From positions 928,001 through 992,000 of the forward strand of contig CBDESU010000002.1 of NCBI GenBank assembly GCA_965242695.1: DNA of 64,000 nucleotides, in the 5' to 3' direction. The notes below the pieces were generated by a model that worked only from the letters and a program-made list of their open reading frames with translations, made no database searches and was not told the DNA's origin. This DNA is from Cenarchaeum sp. Its GTDB lineage: Archaea; Thermoproteota; Nitrososphaeria; Nitrososphaerales; Nitrosopumilaceae. The position numbers and the translations under genes are program-made. This document shows positions 10,622 through 21,900 of the stretch, in pieces. Each line of letters opens with the position of its first letter. Position 1 is the stretch's first letter.

Positions 10622-12028
10622 TCAACCTGTCGAGGGATCGGCAACGTTGCCCATGAACAGGATTGCGCCCGTCTCGCCGTCGTGCACGAGGAATATGAAC
10701 GGCCGGTCCGCGACAAAGCTGGGAGGCCTAGACATCAACTGAAGCACGATCCCGGTGGCTGCCGCCGCCTCCGTCCCCACTTCGTCGACGCTGACATGTG
10801 CGGCGTGCGTCGCGCTGCCTACGTACAGGCTGCCTCCGTCCTTGTGGAGTCCTATGCCCTGCAGATCCGCATCATACTCGTCAAAGGCATCCGTCACGCC
10901 CATGGCCTTCATGATCCGCGCGAGATCGTGCCTGTCGTCTACCGTGAACTTGGGGATCGTGACTAGCAGCTTCCGCTCCTCCATGTCGTCCAGCCAGGCC
11001 GCCAAGGCTCCCGCGGATAATCCGCCCGCGATCCTGCCAAGGCTCCCCGCATCGTCGGGGAGCGCCACAAGCATGGACAGCCGGTCGCCCTTGTACGGGA
11101 TGCGCAGCACCTGGTACCCGTCGTAGGCCGCGTGCTCAAAGTCGCCCTTGACGGTCATAAAGTCGGCGCGTCCGGCCGAGCCGTCCTCCCTTGTGAACGG
11201 CCCCTCCTGCGTTGCATGCATCGGGAACGGCAGGGCCCACTCGCCCTTGAAGTATATCGCGTTGGTGATGACCATGGCCGTCATGCTGTTCACGTCTCCC
11301 TCGCTGATCAGGTCCTCGATCAGCCCGCTTGTGCTGTTTGATGCCCACCCGTTGATCCGCCCCGCCGCGGCGGCCGCCTCTGCAAAGTCGACCGTATCGA
11401 CGCCGGCGCCGTACGCGCCTTGCGCCGCCTCCCTGTACGAGTCGTACAGCGAAAATCCGTCGTCGATCCACAGCGCGTTCGCAAGTGCGATCTCGGAAGA
11501 GTCGTTGCGGCCTGCCAGACTGTCTGCCGTGCGCCTCGCCTCGTCCCGCCGTGCGCCCGCATCGGCGTCGATGTGCAGCGCATCGGATAACTGCGATGCG
11601 GTTCTGCCTCCGGCGCCCTCGTACAGGACGGAAAATGCGGTGCGTATGCTCAGCGGCGAGAAGAACGCGTTATCGCCGCGCTCGCCGGCCGCCCTGTAAA
11701 AGTCGAACGCGAACTCGTTTAGGGGCATGGATGGGGAGTCGTTCCCGCCAGGGTTCCAGCCTGCCGTGGCGGGGCCGGGCGGCGCTGGAAGCCGTGACGG
11801 TGTAACTTGGCCGCTTTCGGGTGGATCGGGCGCGGCCGACACTGCCGCGCCCAGTGCGACCAGCCCGACAAAGGCGGCGGCCGCTAGCGGCACTGCCAGC
11901 CTTTTCATGGTGATGCCGCCGCCGGGCCTGCGGGCGGCGCTGTGATCCATGTGGCCGCTGCCGGCAGGAGCGCCGGTGGCGCCTGCGGGGGCCGTTGCCC
12001 TGCTGCTGTGAAGGGCATCGTGACTCAT
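10622..12028 (-). CDS. secreted serpin (serine protease inhibitor); start may be 11908
   Basis: FFSPLS, NAIYFKGEW, hinge EVGTEAAAAT, FVADRPFIF; signal peptide MKRLAVPLAAAAF. Confidence 0.95.
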   Translation of the reverse strand: MSHDALHSSRATAPAGATGAPAGSGHMDHSAARRPGGGITMKRLAVPLAAAAFVGLVALGAAVSAAPDPPESGQVTPSRLPAPPGPATAGWNPGGNDSPSMPLNEFAFDFYRAAGERGDNAFFSPLSIRTAFSVLYEGAGGRTASQLSDALHIDADAGARRDEARRTADSLAGRNDSSEIALANALWIDDGFSLYDSYREAAQGAYGAGVDTVDFAEAAAAAGRINGWASNSTSGLIEDLISEGDVNSMTAMVITNAIYFKGEWALPFPMHATQEGPFTREDGSAGRADFMTVKGDFEHAAYDGYQVLRIPYKGDRLSMLVALPDDAGSLGRIAGGLSAGALAAWLDDMEERKLLVTIPKFTVDDRHDLARIMKAMGVTDAFDEYDADLQGIGLHKDGGSLYVGSATHAAHVSVDEVGTEAAAATGIVLQLMSRPPSFVADRPFIFLVHDGETGAILFMGNVADPSTG

Positions 12029-12232
12029 GTCCGGCTAGGCCGCGCCCGGTATATAACGCCTGCCTGCGCCAAGCTGATTGTGTCCCCGATTGGAGGCCGG
12101 CGGCGGCCGCGATGCCTCTGCACGAATGGGCCATAGACGCATACGGCATCCACGGAGTCGAGATCGTGCCGCCTGACACGACGCGGCCGCCGTGCAGGTC
12201 AGGTTTATCTAGCATATGGCGGTCGCAGGCGC

Positions 12233-13633
12233 ATGCCACGCCCCTCAGCCCCCGCCGCATTCCCTGCCATACTCGCGTGCATCGCGTGTGTCGCCCTTGC
12301 AGCCGCCCCCGGCGCGGGCACGGCCAGCGGGCACGGCATCGGCGCCGAGACCGTCGGGCCGCTCGAGGCCGGCGGCGGCTCGAGGGTGTCCGTCAGCGTC
12401 GAGGCGGCCGAGGACGCCGACAGGCCGGGCGCGGCGCAAATGACCATAACCGTGCTCGACGACCTCACAAGGGCGGCCGCGCCCGGCACGGCCATGGACA
12501 TTGCGCTCTCGCGCGGCGGGCAGGAAATACTGCGCGACCGCTTTGCCGCCGCCGACGGCACGCTGCGCATGGCCCTCTCGCCGCTGCCCGACGGCGCGGC
12601 GGCCGAAATAGAGGGGCCGCGCGATGCGGGCGGAACGGCGTGGGTGTCCGAGCCGGGGCGCCCCGTCGAGGTGCGCGGGCCGCGCCTGGGCGGGCCCGGC
12701 CTGTACACGCTCGACATAAGCTTGATCCAGGACGACGGAAGCGGAGGCGGCTCGGCCAGGGCCGACGTGAGCATACTGGAGGCCGCCGAGTACGAGCTCG
12801 CCGACTCGGCCGGCGCTCCGGTCAGGTTCGGGACAAAGTCCTACTTTGACACGGTATCCTCTCTAGAGTACGACCCTGCCGCGGGGACGGCCCGCCTCGA
12901 GATGCCGTTCGACTGGTCGGGCTCTACGATCTCGCACATACCGGTCGTGCACGTAGAGGTGCACTTTCCGAGGGACTTTGGCGAGTTTACGAGCCCGAGC
13001 TACACTGGCAAGGCCAACGGCGTGCAGCTGTTCAAGTCGTCGGTTACGGTCGACGACTACAGCGTAGAGGGCGAGCGCATAGTCCACTTTGTCCTGCTCG
13101 GCGACCACCTGAGGCACGTCAAGAGCCAGCTTGGGGGCGGCGCCGGGGACGGCGAGCAGGGCGGCACGATGGTGCTAGAGCTGGCGGAGAGCTCGGAGAG
13201 CGGGTTTCCCCTGACGGCGTACACGCCAGGCGAGGAGCTGCGCGTGGACCTTACGTGGGAGCCGCCCGAGGTCGAGCCCGGCGGGCAGACGACCTTTATC
13301 TTTACGATACGCGACGGCGCGACCGGCGAGCCGCTGCGCCGCTCGTCGTACGACTTTGTCGTCGTGCAGGGCGGCGAGGAGATCTACCGGGCGCCCGGGG
13401 ACGCGGCCGTCGGCGGATCCTTCGAGGCGTTCACGTTCTCGGAGGCACAGACCGGCCCGACAATAGTACGCTTTGAGGACATACGCGGCACGGGGCAGTC
13501 GACCGAGTTTGCCCTGGTCGTCGTGCCCGAGTTCTCGGGGGCTGCGCTGCTCGTGCTGGCCGCCGCGGCGGCCGCGGCCGCCGTGGCGGCGCCTGCGCTG
13601 CTGCGGCCGGGCCTGCGCATGCCCCTGCGCTGA
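12233..13633 (+). CDS. PEFG-CTERM sorting-domain surface protein
   Basis: Signal peptide; C-terminal VVPEFSG + hydrophobic helix + basic tail; shares [11 protein letters not shown] block with 42624..44411. Confidence 0.85.
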   Translation: MPRPSAPAAFPAILACIACVALAAAPGAGTASGHGIGAETVGPLEAGGGSRVSVSVEAAEDADRPGAAQMTITVLDDLTRAAAPGTAMDIALSRGGQEILRDRFAAADGTLRMALSPLPDGAAAEIEGPRDAGGTAWVSEPGRPVEVRGPRLGGPGLYTLDISLIQDDGSGGGSARADVSILEAAEYELADSAGAPVRFGTKSYFDTVSSLEYDPAAGTARLEMPFDWSGSTISHIPVVHVEVHFPRDFGEFTSPSYTGKANGVQLFKSSVTVDDYSVEGERIVHFVLLGDHLRHVKSQLGGGAGDGEQGGTMVLELAESSESGFPLTAYTPGEELRVDLTWEPPEVEPGGQTTFIFTIRDGATGEPLRRSSYDFVVVQGGEEIYRAPGDAAVGGSFEAFTFSEAQTGPTIVRFEDIRGTGQSTEFALVVVPEFSGAALLVLAAAAAAAAVAAPALLRPGLRMPLR

Positions 13634-13790
13634 GCCTGACTGCTCCGCTCCGTGCCGGGTGGGGGGGGGGCCTAGCGGTCGCGGCCGGGCCTGCGCATGC
13701 CCCTGCGCAGGGCCGAGGGAGGGGGACGCGTGCGAACACCGACATGGGCGGCAAGAGGGGTTGCGGCCGGGCCTGCGCATGCCCCTGCGC
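13603..13790. repeat. three dispersed copies of about 27 bp CGGCCGGGCCTGCGCATGCCCCTGCGC
   Basis: Copies at about 13604, 13682 and 13764; the first is the 3' end of the PEFG gene. Confidence 0.8.
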
Positions 13791-14189
13791 CGAGCCGCCG
13801 CGCGACTCTGCGCCCCGTCTCCCCGCGCAGCGCCCCAAACGCCGCCGCCCCTGTAGCGTCGTGCCGCCGTTTGTCCCAAGACTGCACGCATTGCCCGAGG
13901 CCCGCCGCGACCCGCCAGCCGCAGCGAACAGGCGCACGCGTGCATGTCCGCCTCGATCTTGCCGTGCAGTGCGCCGTGATCGTGCCCTCAAGCCGCCTGC
14001 GCAGTCTCAGCAAAGTGCCGTGTGCCGTGTATAGGGCCGGCGGACGGAGACTCTAGCGTCAAGGGCACGTTTGAACGTCCATTCGGGACGTTCTGCGCAG
14101 ATGCCTACACTTTACTGGGTCTCGAGGTTCGTATCAGCACGCGGGCTGTTTCCGCTACCGGGGCGGCGGCCCCCGGTTCGCCGCAGTTG

Positions 14190-14906
14190 TCATGCCAGCC
14201 TAGCTCGCCTCGTCGTGCGCAGGTGCGACCTGATCCTCCTTTGGAGAAAACCGGCCCATGTCTGCTGTGGATACTCGTAGGCGGGGACGACGACGAGCTC
14301 TATGCCGGCCGCCTCGTACTCGGCATCGCGGCGTTGCTGAGCGCGGCGGCCCTCGGGCGTGTCGGACCACCAGGTCCCGTCGATCTCGAAGGCGCTCGGC
14401 CTTCGGCAGTTGCCGCACGGGCAGCGGACAAGCAGGCAGGGGGACAGGACGATGCAGCCCGGCGCGGGCACGATGGCAGAGTTTGCCGAAATGATGACGC
14501 GCGTGCGCTGCCGGCCCGTAAGCGGGGACCTGTGGATCAGGCTGGAGATCTGGCCGGCCGGCACTGGCGGCGACTGCATCTGCCCGGCGGCGTTCCGGAC
14601 GACGCGGCGGCGCGCCCGCACCGGCCTGGAGACGGCGGCCTCTAGCAGGCGCGTGCCCTGGCCTGGCGTGAACGACGGCGCCTCCCACGGCTGCGGCAGG
14701 ATGGTGATGAACGGGTGCACGAGGATGTGGCGCGCCGGTATGCCCTCGGCACCGAATATGTCGACGGCCATTTGGACGTTCAAGTCGTCGCCGTCAATGT
14801 CGTCGATGTCGTCGCCCGCGTCCTCGTATGGCGCCGGCTGCGCGCACTCGTCGATCGGCACCTCGATGCATTCCGGTGCCTCCTCCGGCGGCAGCTCGAC
14901 GCTCAC
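14190..14906 (-). CDS. hypothetical protein with C-terminal DUF559/Vsr-like endonuclease motif
   Basis: FEIDGTWW...RRDAEYEAAGIELVVV resembles the E(I/V)DG...RD..L...G signature; acidic N-terminus. Confidence 0.5.
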   Translation of the reverse strand: MSVELPPEEAPECIEVPIDECAQPAPYEDAGDDIDDIDGDDLNVQMAVDIFGAEGIPARHILVHPFITILPQPWEAPSFTPGQGTRLLEAAVSRPVRARRRVVRNAAGQMQSPPVPAGQISSLIHRSPLTGRQRTRVIISANSAIVPAPGCIVLSPCLLVRCPCGNCRRPSAFEIDGTWWSDTPEGRRAQQRRDAEYEAAGIELVVVPAYEYPQQTWAGFLQRRIRSHLRTTRRARLA

Positions 14907-15106
14907 GGGACGCGAGCCTCCGCGGGGGTATCTTTAGCTTGCGCGTCCCTCACCGTCCCGAGATCGCCCCGCATGCGCCAAGAGGGGACGCCGAGGGCGG
15001 CGGCGGCCGGACGAGGGGGGGGGGGCTGATCCCCGGGGCCGCCGCCTTCCGCGCCTTGGCGCCCGCGGCCGCCTCACAGCGCGGCCCCCGACCCGCCCAA
15101 GCCGCC

Positions 15107-15490
15107 TCAGAGGGTGAGCAGCTTTACGGTGTCCATGTCGTCGTTGGTCTTAAAGCTGCGCGTAATCTCCAAGATCCTATGGGCCTCGCCGGCCACGACG
15201 AACAGGTCCATGCACTTGTCCCCCTCGATCTTGTTGTGCAGGTGCGTCCTGATCAGGTCCTCAAACCCCTCGCGCAGCCCCGCCACCACGCTGTCGAACT
15301 CGTCGCGGTGGAGGACGAGCAGGATGGCATGCACGCTGCCCGTCATCTCGGACGCCTGCTTTTGCTCGGCGGCGATGCTGCGTATGCCCGCCCTGATCGT
15401 CTCCGAGCGGCCGTTGAAGCCCATGGTCTTCTGTAGGCGCTCAATCTCGTCGACCATCTGCTTGTTGAGCGAGATTGACACGACGCCCAT
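15107..15490 (-). CDS. NikR-like CopG/ribbon-helix-helix metal-responsive regulator
   Basis: VVSISL, GFNGRSETIR RHH; THLH...C metal-binding ACT-like C-terminus; divergent from a metal ABC operon. Confidence 0.88.
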   Translation of the reverse strand: MGVVSISLNKQMVDEIERLQKTMGFNGRSETIRAGIRSIAAEQKQASEMTGSVHAILLVLHRDEFDSVVAGLREGFEDLIRTHLHNKIEGDKCMDLFVVAGEAHRILEITRSFKTNDDMDTVKLLTL

Positions 15491-15499
15491 GCCGGGCGT

Positions 15500-15561
15500 G
15501 TTAATAGCCCCGTTATATGCCTTGCACTAAAAATTAATAGCGATCCATACATTAATTAATA
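15500..15561. promoter_or_regulatory. AT-rich divergent promoter with repeated ATTAAT palindromes (possible operator)
   Basis: ATTAAT 15533-15538 and ATTAATTAAT 15551-15560 in about 70% GC context. Confidence 0.5.
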
Positions 15562-15581
15562 CCCCTGCGGGCGGCCGCCCG

Positions 15582-16877
15582 TTGACTAGTCGCATGGTGC
15601 TGGTGGCAGGGGTAGCGGTAGCGGTCGCAGCGGCGGCCGTTGTCGCAGTAGTCGCAATGTCGGGCAGCCTTGACACGGGCGTAGAGCCGCAGCAGGACAT
15701 GGCCGGCGGCATCGACGAGGCCCCCGCCGCCCCCGCCCCGGCCCCGGCCGCCGACGAGGCCCCCGCCGCCCCGGCCCCGGCCGCCGAGGAGCGCCTTGAC
15801 GTGCTGGCGTCGTTCTATCCTATGTACGAGTCTGCCAGGGCGGTTGGCGGCGACCGTGCCGACGTGTCCGTGCTGGTTCCCGGCGGCGTCGAGCCGCACG
15901 ACTGGGAGCCGTCGTTTAGCGACATTGAGCGGATGCAGGACGCCGACGTGATCGTGACCAACGGCATAGGGTTCGAGTCGTGGCTAGAGGACCTCGACAC
16001 CACCGATTCCGAGGCGCTGGTAGTTGATGCGAGCGAGGGGATCGAGGGGATCATAAAGTTTGACAGGGACGACCATGACGACGACCACGGCGACGAGGAC
16101 CACGCCAAGGAGGACGACCATGACGACGACCACGCCAAGGAGGACGACCATGACGACGACCACGGCGACGACGACCACGCCAGGGACGAGGACGACCATG
16201 ACGACGACCACGCCAGGGACGAGGACGACCATGACGACGACCACGCCAGGGACGAGGACGACCATGACGACGACCACGGCGACGAGGACCACGCCAAGGA
16301 GGACGACCATGACGACGACCACGCCATGGAAGACGGCCACGACGACCACGGCCACGCCGCGCTCACGCACGATCCGCACGTGTGGCTCAACCCAGTCATG
16401 GTAAAGCAGCAGGTCATGAACATAGCCGACGGCCTGTCGGAGAAGGATCCCCAGAACGCAGACTACTACCGCGCCAACGCTGCCGCGTACGCGGCCGAGC
16501 TGGACGCCCTGGACCGCGATATCCGCGAGGGGCTGGACGGGTGCGCGACCGACTTTATCACGTTCCACGCCGCATTCTCTTACTTTGCCGCCGAGTACGG
16601 GCTGGTTCCGCACCCGGTCGTCGACTCGATCGACCCGCACGGCGCGCCGACCGCCCCGCGGATCAAGGAGCTGGTGGACAAGGCGGAGTCGCTCGGCATG
16701 GACGTCGTGTTCTTCGAGGAGGGCTGGGACGAGAGGACGGCCCGCACGATAGCGGCCGAGCTCGGCGACGCCGAGGTAATGTCGCTGGCGACCCTGGAGC
16801 TGGCCCCGTCGGGCGGCCCGTCGTACACCGAAAAGATGCGCTCAAACTTGGACAGCCTCAGGGCTGCTCTGTGCTGA
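15582..16877 (+). CDS. znuA: Zn/Mn ABC substrate-binding protein with long His/Asp-rich loop
   Basis: EPHDWEP, DPHVW, FHAAFSYF; HDDDH repeats at 16068-16355. Confidence 0.92.
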   Translation: MTSRMVLVAGVAVAVAAAAVVAVVAMSGSLDTGVEPQQDMAGGIDEAPAAPAPAPAADEAPAAPAPAAEERLDVLASFYPMYESARAVGGDRADVSVLVPGGVEPHDWEPSFSDIERMQDADVIVTNGIGFESWLEDLDTTDSEALVVDASEGIEGIIKFDRDDHDDDHGDEDHAKEDDHDDDHAKEDDHDDDHGDDDHARDEDDHDDDHARDEDDHDDDHARDEDDHDDDHGDEDHAKEDDHDDDHAMEDGHDDHGHAALTHDPHVWLNPVMVKQQVMNIADGLSEKDPQNADYYRANAAAYAAELDALDRDIREGLDGCATDFITFHAAFSYFAAEYGLVPHPVVDSIDPHGAPTAPRIKELVDKAESLGMDVVFFEEGWDERTARTIAAELGDAEVMSLATLELAPSGGPSYTEKMRSNLDSLRAALC

Positions 16878-17770
16878 TGAGCACCGTCGTCGACGTGTCC
16901 GGCCTTTCTGCCGGATACGACGGCGCGCCGCTTGCAATAGACGACGTCAGCCTAGCCGTCGAAGAGGGCGACTTTGTGGGGATCATCGGGCCCAACGGCG
17001 CGGGCAAGTCTACGCTGTTCGCATGCATGCTCGGACTGCTGCACGGGTACGACGGGACGATACGGTTCTTCGGCAGGGACATACGCGACTCGCCGTCGTA
17101 CCGCCGCAGAGTGGGGTACGTCGAGCAGCGGCCGGCCTTCGACAGGAACTTTCCGGCGACGGTCAGGGAGGTCGTCAGGATGGGCGCGGCGCGGGGGGCC
17201 TGCTGGCGGCCGTGGGGAAGGGGCGGCAGCGGGGGCCTGCGGAGGGCCTGCTCCTGCCTCTGCAGGCGGCCGTGGGGCCGGGAGGCCGGCGGGGCCGACG
17301 GCGAGGACAAGGTCGACCGCATACTGCAGGACATGTGGATACACGAGCTTGCCGACCGGCGGATCGGCGAGCTGTCCGGCGGCCAGCTGCAGCGAGCGTT
17401 CATCGCAAAGGCCCTTGCGGCCGAGCCGCGCGTCCTGGTGCTCGACGAGCCCGTCACGGGCGTCGACGAGACGAACACCGACCTGTTCTACGGGATACTC
17501 AAGACCCTCAACAGGTCGGGCATGACGATAATCTGGTCGTCGCACGACATGGATGCGGTAGGCAGCCTGGCCACAAGCCTTGCCTGCCTCAACCGGAGGC
17601 TGTTCTTCCACGGCGACCCGAGCAGGTTCTTTTCCGACAAGGAGCTTGTCCGGCAGTACAGGGAGGCGTCGCTGCAGGATCAACTGCAAGACTGCTGCAG
17701 CTGCTGCTCCCCCGCCGCCTCTGCCGCCTCCGACGCCTCCCCGCCCGGCGGGAACGGGGGGCGGGCGTAG
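16877..17770 (+). CDS. znuC: metal ABC ATP-binding protein
   Basis: GPNGAGKST, LSGGQ, VLDEP, SHD; overlaps the znuA stop. Confidence 0.92.
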   Translation: MSTVVDVSGLSAGYDGAPLAIDDVSLAVEEGDFVGIIGPNGAGKSTLFACMLGLLHGYDGTIRFFGRDIRDSPSYRRRVGYVEQRPAFDRNFPATVREVVRMGAARGACWRPWGRGGSGGLRRACSCLCRRPWGREAGGADGEDKVDRILQDMWIHELADRRIGELSGGQLQRAFIAKALAAEPRVLVLDEPVTGVDETNTDLFYGILKTLNRSGMTIIWSSHDMDAVGSLATSLACLNRRLFFHGDPSRFFSDKELVRQYREASLQDQLQDCCSCCSPAASAASDASPPGGNGGRA

Positions 17771-17772
17771 CC

Positions 17773-18633
17773 GTGTCGCTCGAGATATTCGAGTACGCCT
17801 TCATGCAGAGGGCGCTCGCCGCCGGCCTGGCCGTCGCCGCCGCCTGCTCGGTGATCGGGCTGTTCCTTGTCCTGCGCCGCCACTCGCTGTTCGGCGACGC
17901 GATGGCGCACGCCTCGTTCGGCGGCGTCGCCGCCGGCCTGGCCGCCGGAATCTACCCGATATGGGCCGCGTACGCCGTGTCGGTGGCAAGCGCGCTGGCG
18001 ATCACGCGCATAAGGCAGCGCTTCGACCTGTCCGGCGAGGCGGCCGTCGCCGTCCTCCTGTCCTCGGGGATCGCCGTCGGGCTAGTCGTGATCAGCGCGA
18101 CGGGCGGGTTCTCCGTAGACATCTTCAGCTTTTTGTTCGGCAGCATACTGCTCGTCGGCCCCACCGAGCTGGTCACCATGGTGGCGCTCGCATCCGCCGT
18201 GCTGGCCATCCTGGCCGCCCTGTACAGGCAGGTGCTGCATGCGACGTTCAGCGAGGAGCAGGCCAGGGCGGCGGGCGTCCGCGTAGAGGCCGTCGACTAC
18301 CTGATCGTCGCGCTCGCCGGCGTGGTCGTCGTGACGGCTATACAGCTCGTCGGCATACTGCTGATATCGGCCCTGTTCGTCATCCCCAACGTGACGGCCA
18401 TAATGTACGGCAGGGGCTTCAAGCAGACGGCCGCCCTGTCGGTCGCGTTCTCGGCGACCGCCGTCGTCGCCGGAATACTCGTCTCGTACGTGTTCGACAT
18501 CGCCCCGTCGGGAACAATCGTGCTCGTCGCCATCGCCATCATGGGGTGCACGCTGGGGGCCCGGTCGGCGGGGCTGGTGCACGGCCGGCGCGGCTCCATT
18601 CCGCTCCGCGCGCGGCGCGGCCGTTCGGCCTAG
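17773..18633 (+). CDS. znuB: metal ABC permease
   Basis: FMQRAL, GDAMAHASF, FLFGSIL, PSGTIV; multiple TM helices. Confidence 0.92.
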   Translation: MSLEIFEYAFMQRALAAGLAVAAACSVIGLFLVLRRHSLFGDAMAHASFGGVAAGLAAGIYPIWAAYAVSVASALAITRIRQRFDLSGEAAVAVLLSSGIAVGLVVISATGGFSVDIFSFLFGSILLVGPTELVTMVALASAVLAILAALYRQVLHATFSEEQARAAGVRVEAVDYLIVALAGVVVVTAIQLVGILLISALFVIPNVTAIMYGRGFKQTAALSVAFSATAVVAGILVSYVFDIAPSGTIVLVAIAIMGCTLGARSAGLVHGRRGSIPLRARRGRSA

Positions 18634-18982
18634 CGGGCGGCATCGTCGGCATCGGCCGGTTCAGCCCGCCTCCGCTGCGCGCCGCCATGTCGGCGCCAGA
18701 TGCGGGCGCCAAAGCCGGATGTCGTGCCGGGCACGCTGGACTCCGCCCCCTGCACCCTCGCCCGCACCTCGCCCGCACCGCCTAGCATCGCATCGCATTC
18801 CCAAGTCCGGGCCGGGGCCTTGTGGCAATGGACTGGACGCGGCCGGCCGTTTAGATTCGTCGCCTGCCCGCTCGCCGGCGCATCCACAAAACGTGATTTT
18901 TGATTTATGACACCAAAAGCCCTCGCCTTTATAAAAGTCATATATAAGTAAGACCCTCTTTTTCCACCCCCATTGAATACTC

Positions 18983-21900
18983 CTAGTCTGCCTGCGCCTT
19001 GCCACAAGATTCTACGATCTCGTCTGCCTCGCGCCTGTCCCACACGCCGCGCACCACCATGAGCGATGCGGCCACGATCCCGGCCGCCATGAGGGGGCCG
19101 GCCACCTCGGAGTACGCCGGCCCTGCCTCCTCTTCGGCCGCGGCAGGCGCCTCCTGCCCCCCCGCCGCCCCGCCCACCGCCGCCGGCGCGTACCCGACGC
19201 TCAGCCTTCCCAGCTTTGCCGTTCCCTGCTCGACGAACCACACGTTTCCGTCCCCGTCTGCCGTCATGAACTGCACCCACGAGCCGGCCGACGGCACGGG
19301 GACGCTGGCCGTCTCGCCGGTAAGCGGATCGTGCACGCCGAGCTTGTCTACGGTGTGCATTGCAAACCACACGTTTCTGTACCTGTCAAGCACGGCGCTG
19401 TTGGGGAACGCGGCGGGGTCGGGCGCCGGCACGCGCTCGAACCTGCCGAGGAGCGGATCGTACCTGGCGACGGCCCCGCCCTCTTGGTGCTCGGATATCC
19501 ACAGCGAGCCGTCGGGCGCGACGGTCAGCGTCTCGGGCGTCATGAGCGGCCCCCACCCCGGCGCAAGCTCGTCTATCTCGCCGGTCGCCGTGTCCAGGCG
19601 CCCGATGCTGCCGGACCCCTGCTGCGCAAACCACACGGAGCCGCGGCCCGGATCAACCGCGATGCCAAACGGCGCCGATCCGTCGGGCAGCCTGTGCAGG
19701 TCGAACTCGCCCGTGTGCCTGTCGTACCTGGCGACGACGCCCTTGTTGATTATCGCGGCCCACACCCCGCCCTCCCCGTCGGCGTCGATCGAGACGGCCA
19801 GGCTGCGCTCGAGGACGGGCACGATCTGCGGGAACTCGACGGAGCCCGACGAGTTGGACGCGGGATCGACGTACCCGATCCTCCCCTCGCGCACGTCCGT
19901 AAACCACACCCTGCCGTCGGATGGGTCGACGTCCAGGGCTATGCCGGCCTGCCCGTCGAACGGGTAGGCCGTAAACGACTCGTCCCCGGGAGAGAACGCC
20001 CATATGACGGGGGCCGAGGCGTCCGTAATCCAGATCGTACCGGTAGCCGGATCGTACTGGGGGAACAGCGGCGCATCGGCGCCGGCCGGAAAGTCGTACT
20101 CGGCGATGCGCGCATCCACGTCCGCCAGGCGCGGCTTTACGAGCAGGTCCATGGCGACGGCCTCGTTGGCGCTGCCCGAGCGCAGCGCCTCTATCTCCAG
20201 CTGCCACCTGCCGGGGAATCCGAACGAGACGTCGGCCGCGTAGGTCTCGATGCCGCCGCTCTCCTCCCCCTCGGGGCCATCGCCGCTGTTCGCATTTGCA
20301 TCCCCCTCGGCCCGCACGGGAACCTCGATCGGCGATATGCCGCGCAGCGGGTTGGAGACCTTTACCTTTACGCCCTCGACATCGCCGAGCGGCCCGCCGT
20401 CGTGGCCTGCGACGGCGACTCTGACCGTGTTCGCGCCCGGCGCGAACGGCCGCACCTCGACGCCAAACGCCGCCGCGCCCGTGTACTCGACGGCGGCCAG
20501 GCCGGCGTACGCGGGCCCCGCCCCAGCGGCGGACGCCTCGGCCGCCGCCCCCCTGTTTTGGATCTCGCCGTCGGGCAGCGTGGAGTTTGACAGCAGGGCC
20601 ACCGCGCCGATCAGGACCATGCCGACGGCAGCCTCGGCCTTCAGGCCGGGGCCGATCCGGCCCAAGAGGTCGAATCGCCGGCCGCCCCTGAGGGCCACTG
20701 CCGCCGCGGCCGCTACGCGGTGGTGGTGCACCGCAATGCCGACCATTGCCAGGGCAAGGCCCACCTTTGCCATGATGAGCCGGCCGTACGCAGAGCCGGC
20801 GACCTCGCCGATGTCGCCGTCGAGTGTCCACATGAGGAGGGGCCCCGACACGACCACCAGTCCGATCGAGACGGCGGCCACCACGGTAAACCTCGGAATG
20901 GCGGCGAGCATGAGCGCGCCGCCCGCGCCCGCGCCTGCAGCGCCCCTCCCGCGCAGCGCCGGCAGCAGCGCAAACGCCAGGTACGCGACGCCGCCGATCC
21001 AGGCTGCCGCCACAAGGTTGTGCAGGTAGTCGAGCGCGACGGCGGCCGCCTCGCCGCTCGCCATGCCGTGCCCCATCATTGTCGTCGTCGCGATCAGCGC
21101 AAGCGACAGGGCGAGTAGCGGCATCATTCCGAGGACGGACGGGCTGCGGCGGCGCTCGGCCGCAAACCACGCGCCTATCAGGGCGGCCGTAATCCCCATG
21201 CGGACGATCCACGTCGTGCCAAACGACGTCTGCAGGACGCTGCCTGCCGGCGCATCGAGCGCCACCATCTGGACGGCGAGCATGAGCATGTTCGACGCCA
21301 GCACGGCCACGAGGCCTATGCCGACGAGCGTCATGGTCTTGGAGTGGACCGCGGCGGCAAGCCTCCCTTCCTCGCCGCCTCCGCCGTACCCGCCCGCATG
21401 TCTGCGGGCTACCCCCGCCCAGACCAGAAGCGAGGAGATGACGGCGCCCAGGACGACGGTCTGGCCGGCGAGCCCCGGGAACCTCGAGCCGGCCTGCTCG
21501 AAGAAGATTAGGTCGTCTATTCCAAGCTCCCCCGCCGCGCCCGCGGCCGCCGCATCCTCGATTACCGCGTCGCCGACGCCGAACACGAACGCCGACGGCA
21601 CGAGGTGGCCGTCGACCCTGGACAGCACCTTGCTTGCCACCGTGTACGTCCCCTCTTCGAGCGGCTGCGTCGTCACGATCAGGGCCGCGTCGCCGTCCCC
21701 GTAGTATGCCGTGTCCCCGTTGTCGACGCGCGCGCCCTCGCCGTCGAACACCTCTAGCGAGCTGTGCCCGATCTCGACAGACTCAGAGTACCATACGATC
21801 ACCTCGGATGTTCCCACCGGCGCGCTCGAGAACCTTGCCGGCATGGTATCGTCGGTGAACGGGTGGGCCGCGGCGGGGCCGGCGGATGCGGCTGATGCCA

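Noticed and set aside
12049-12090. CTAGGCACTCC motif at the serpin promoter
   Set aside because: A TATA is present but there is no convincing match at the 18-nt spacing
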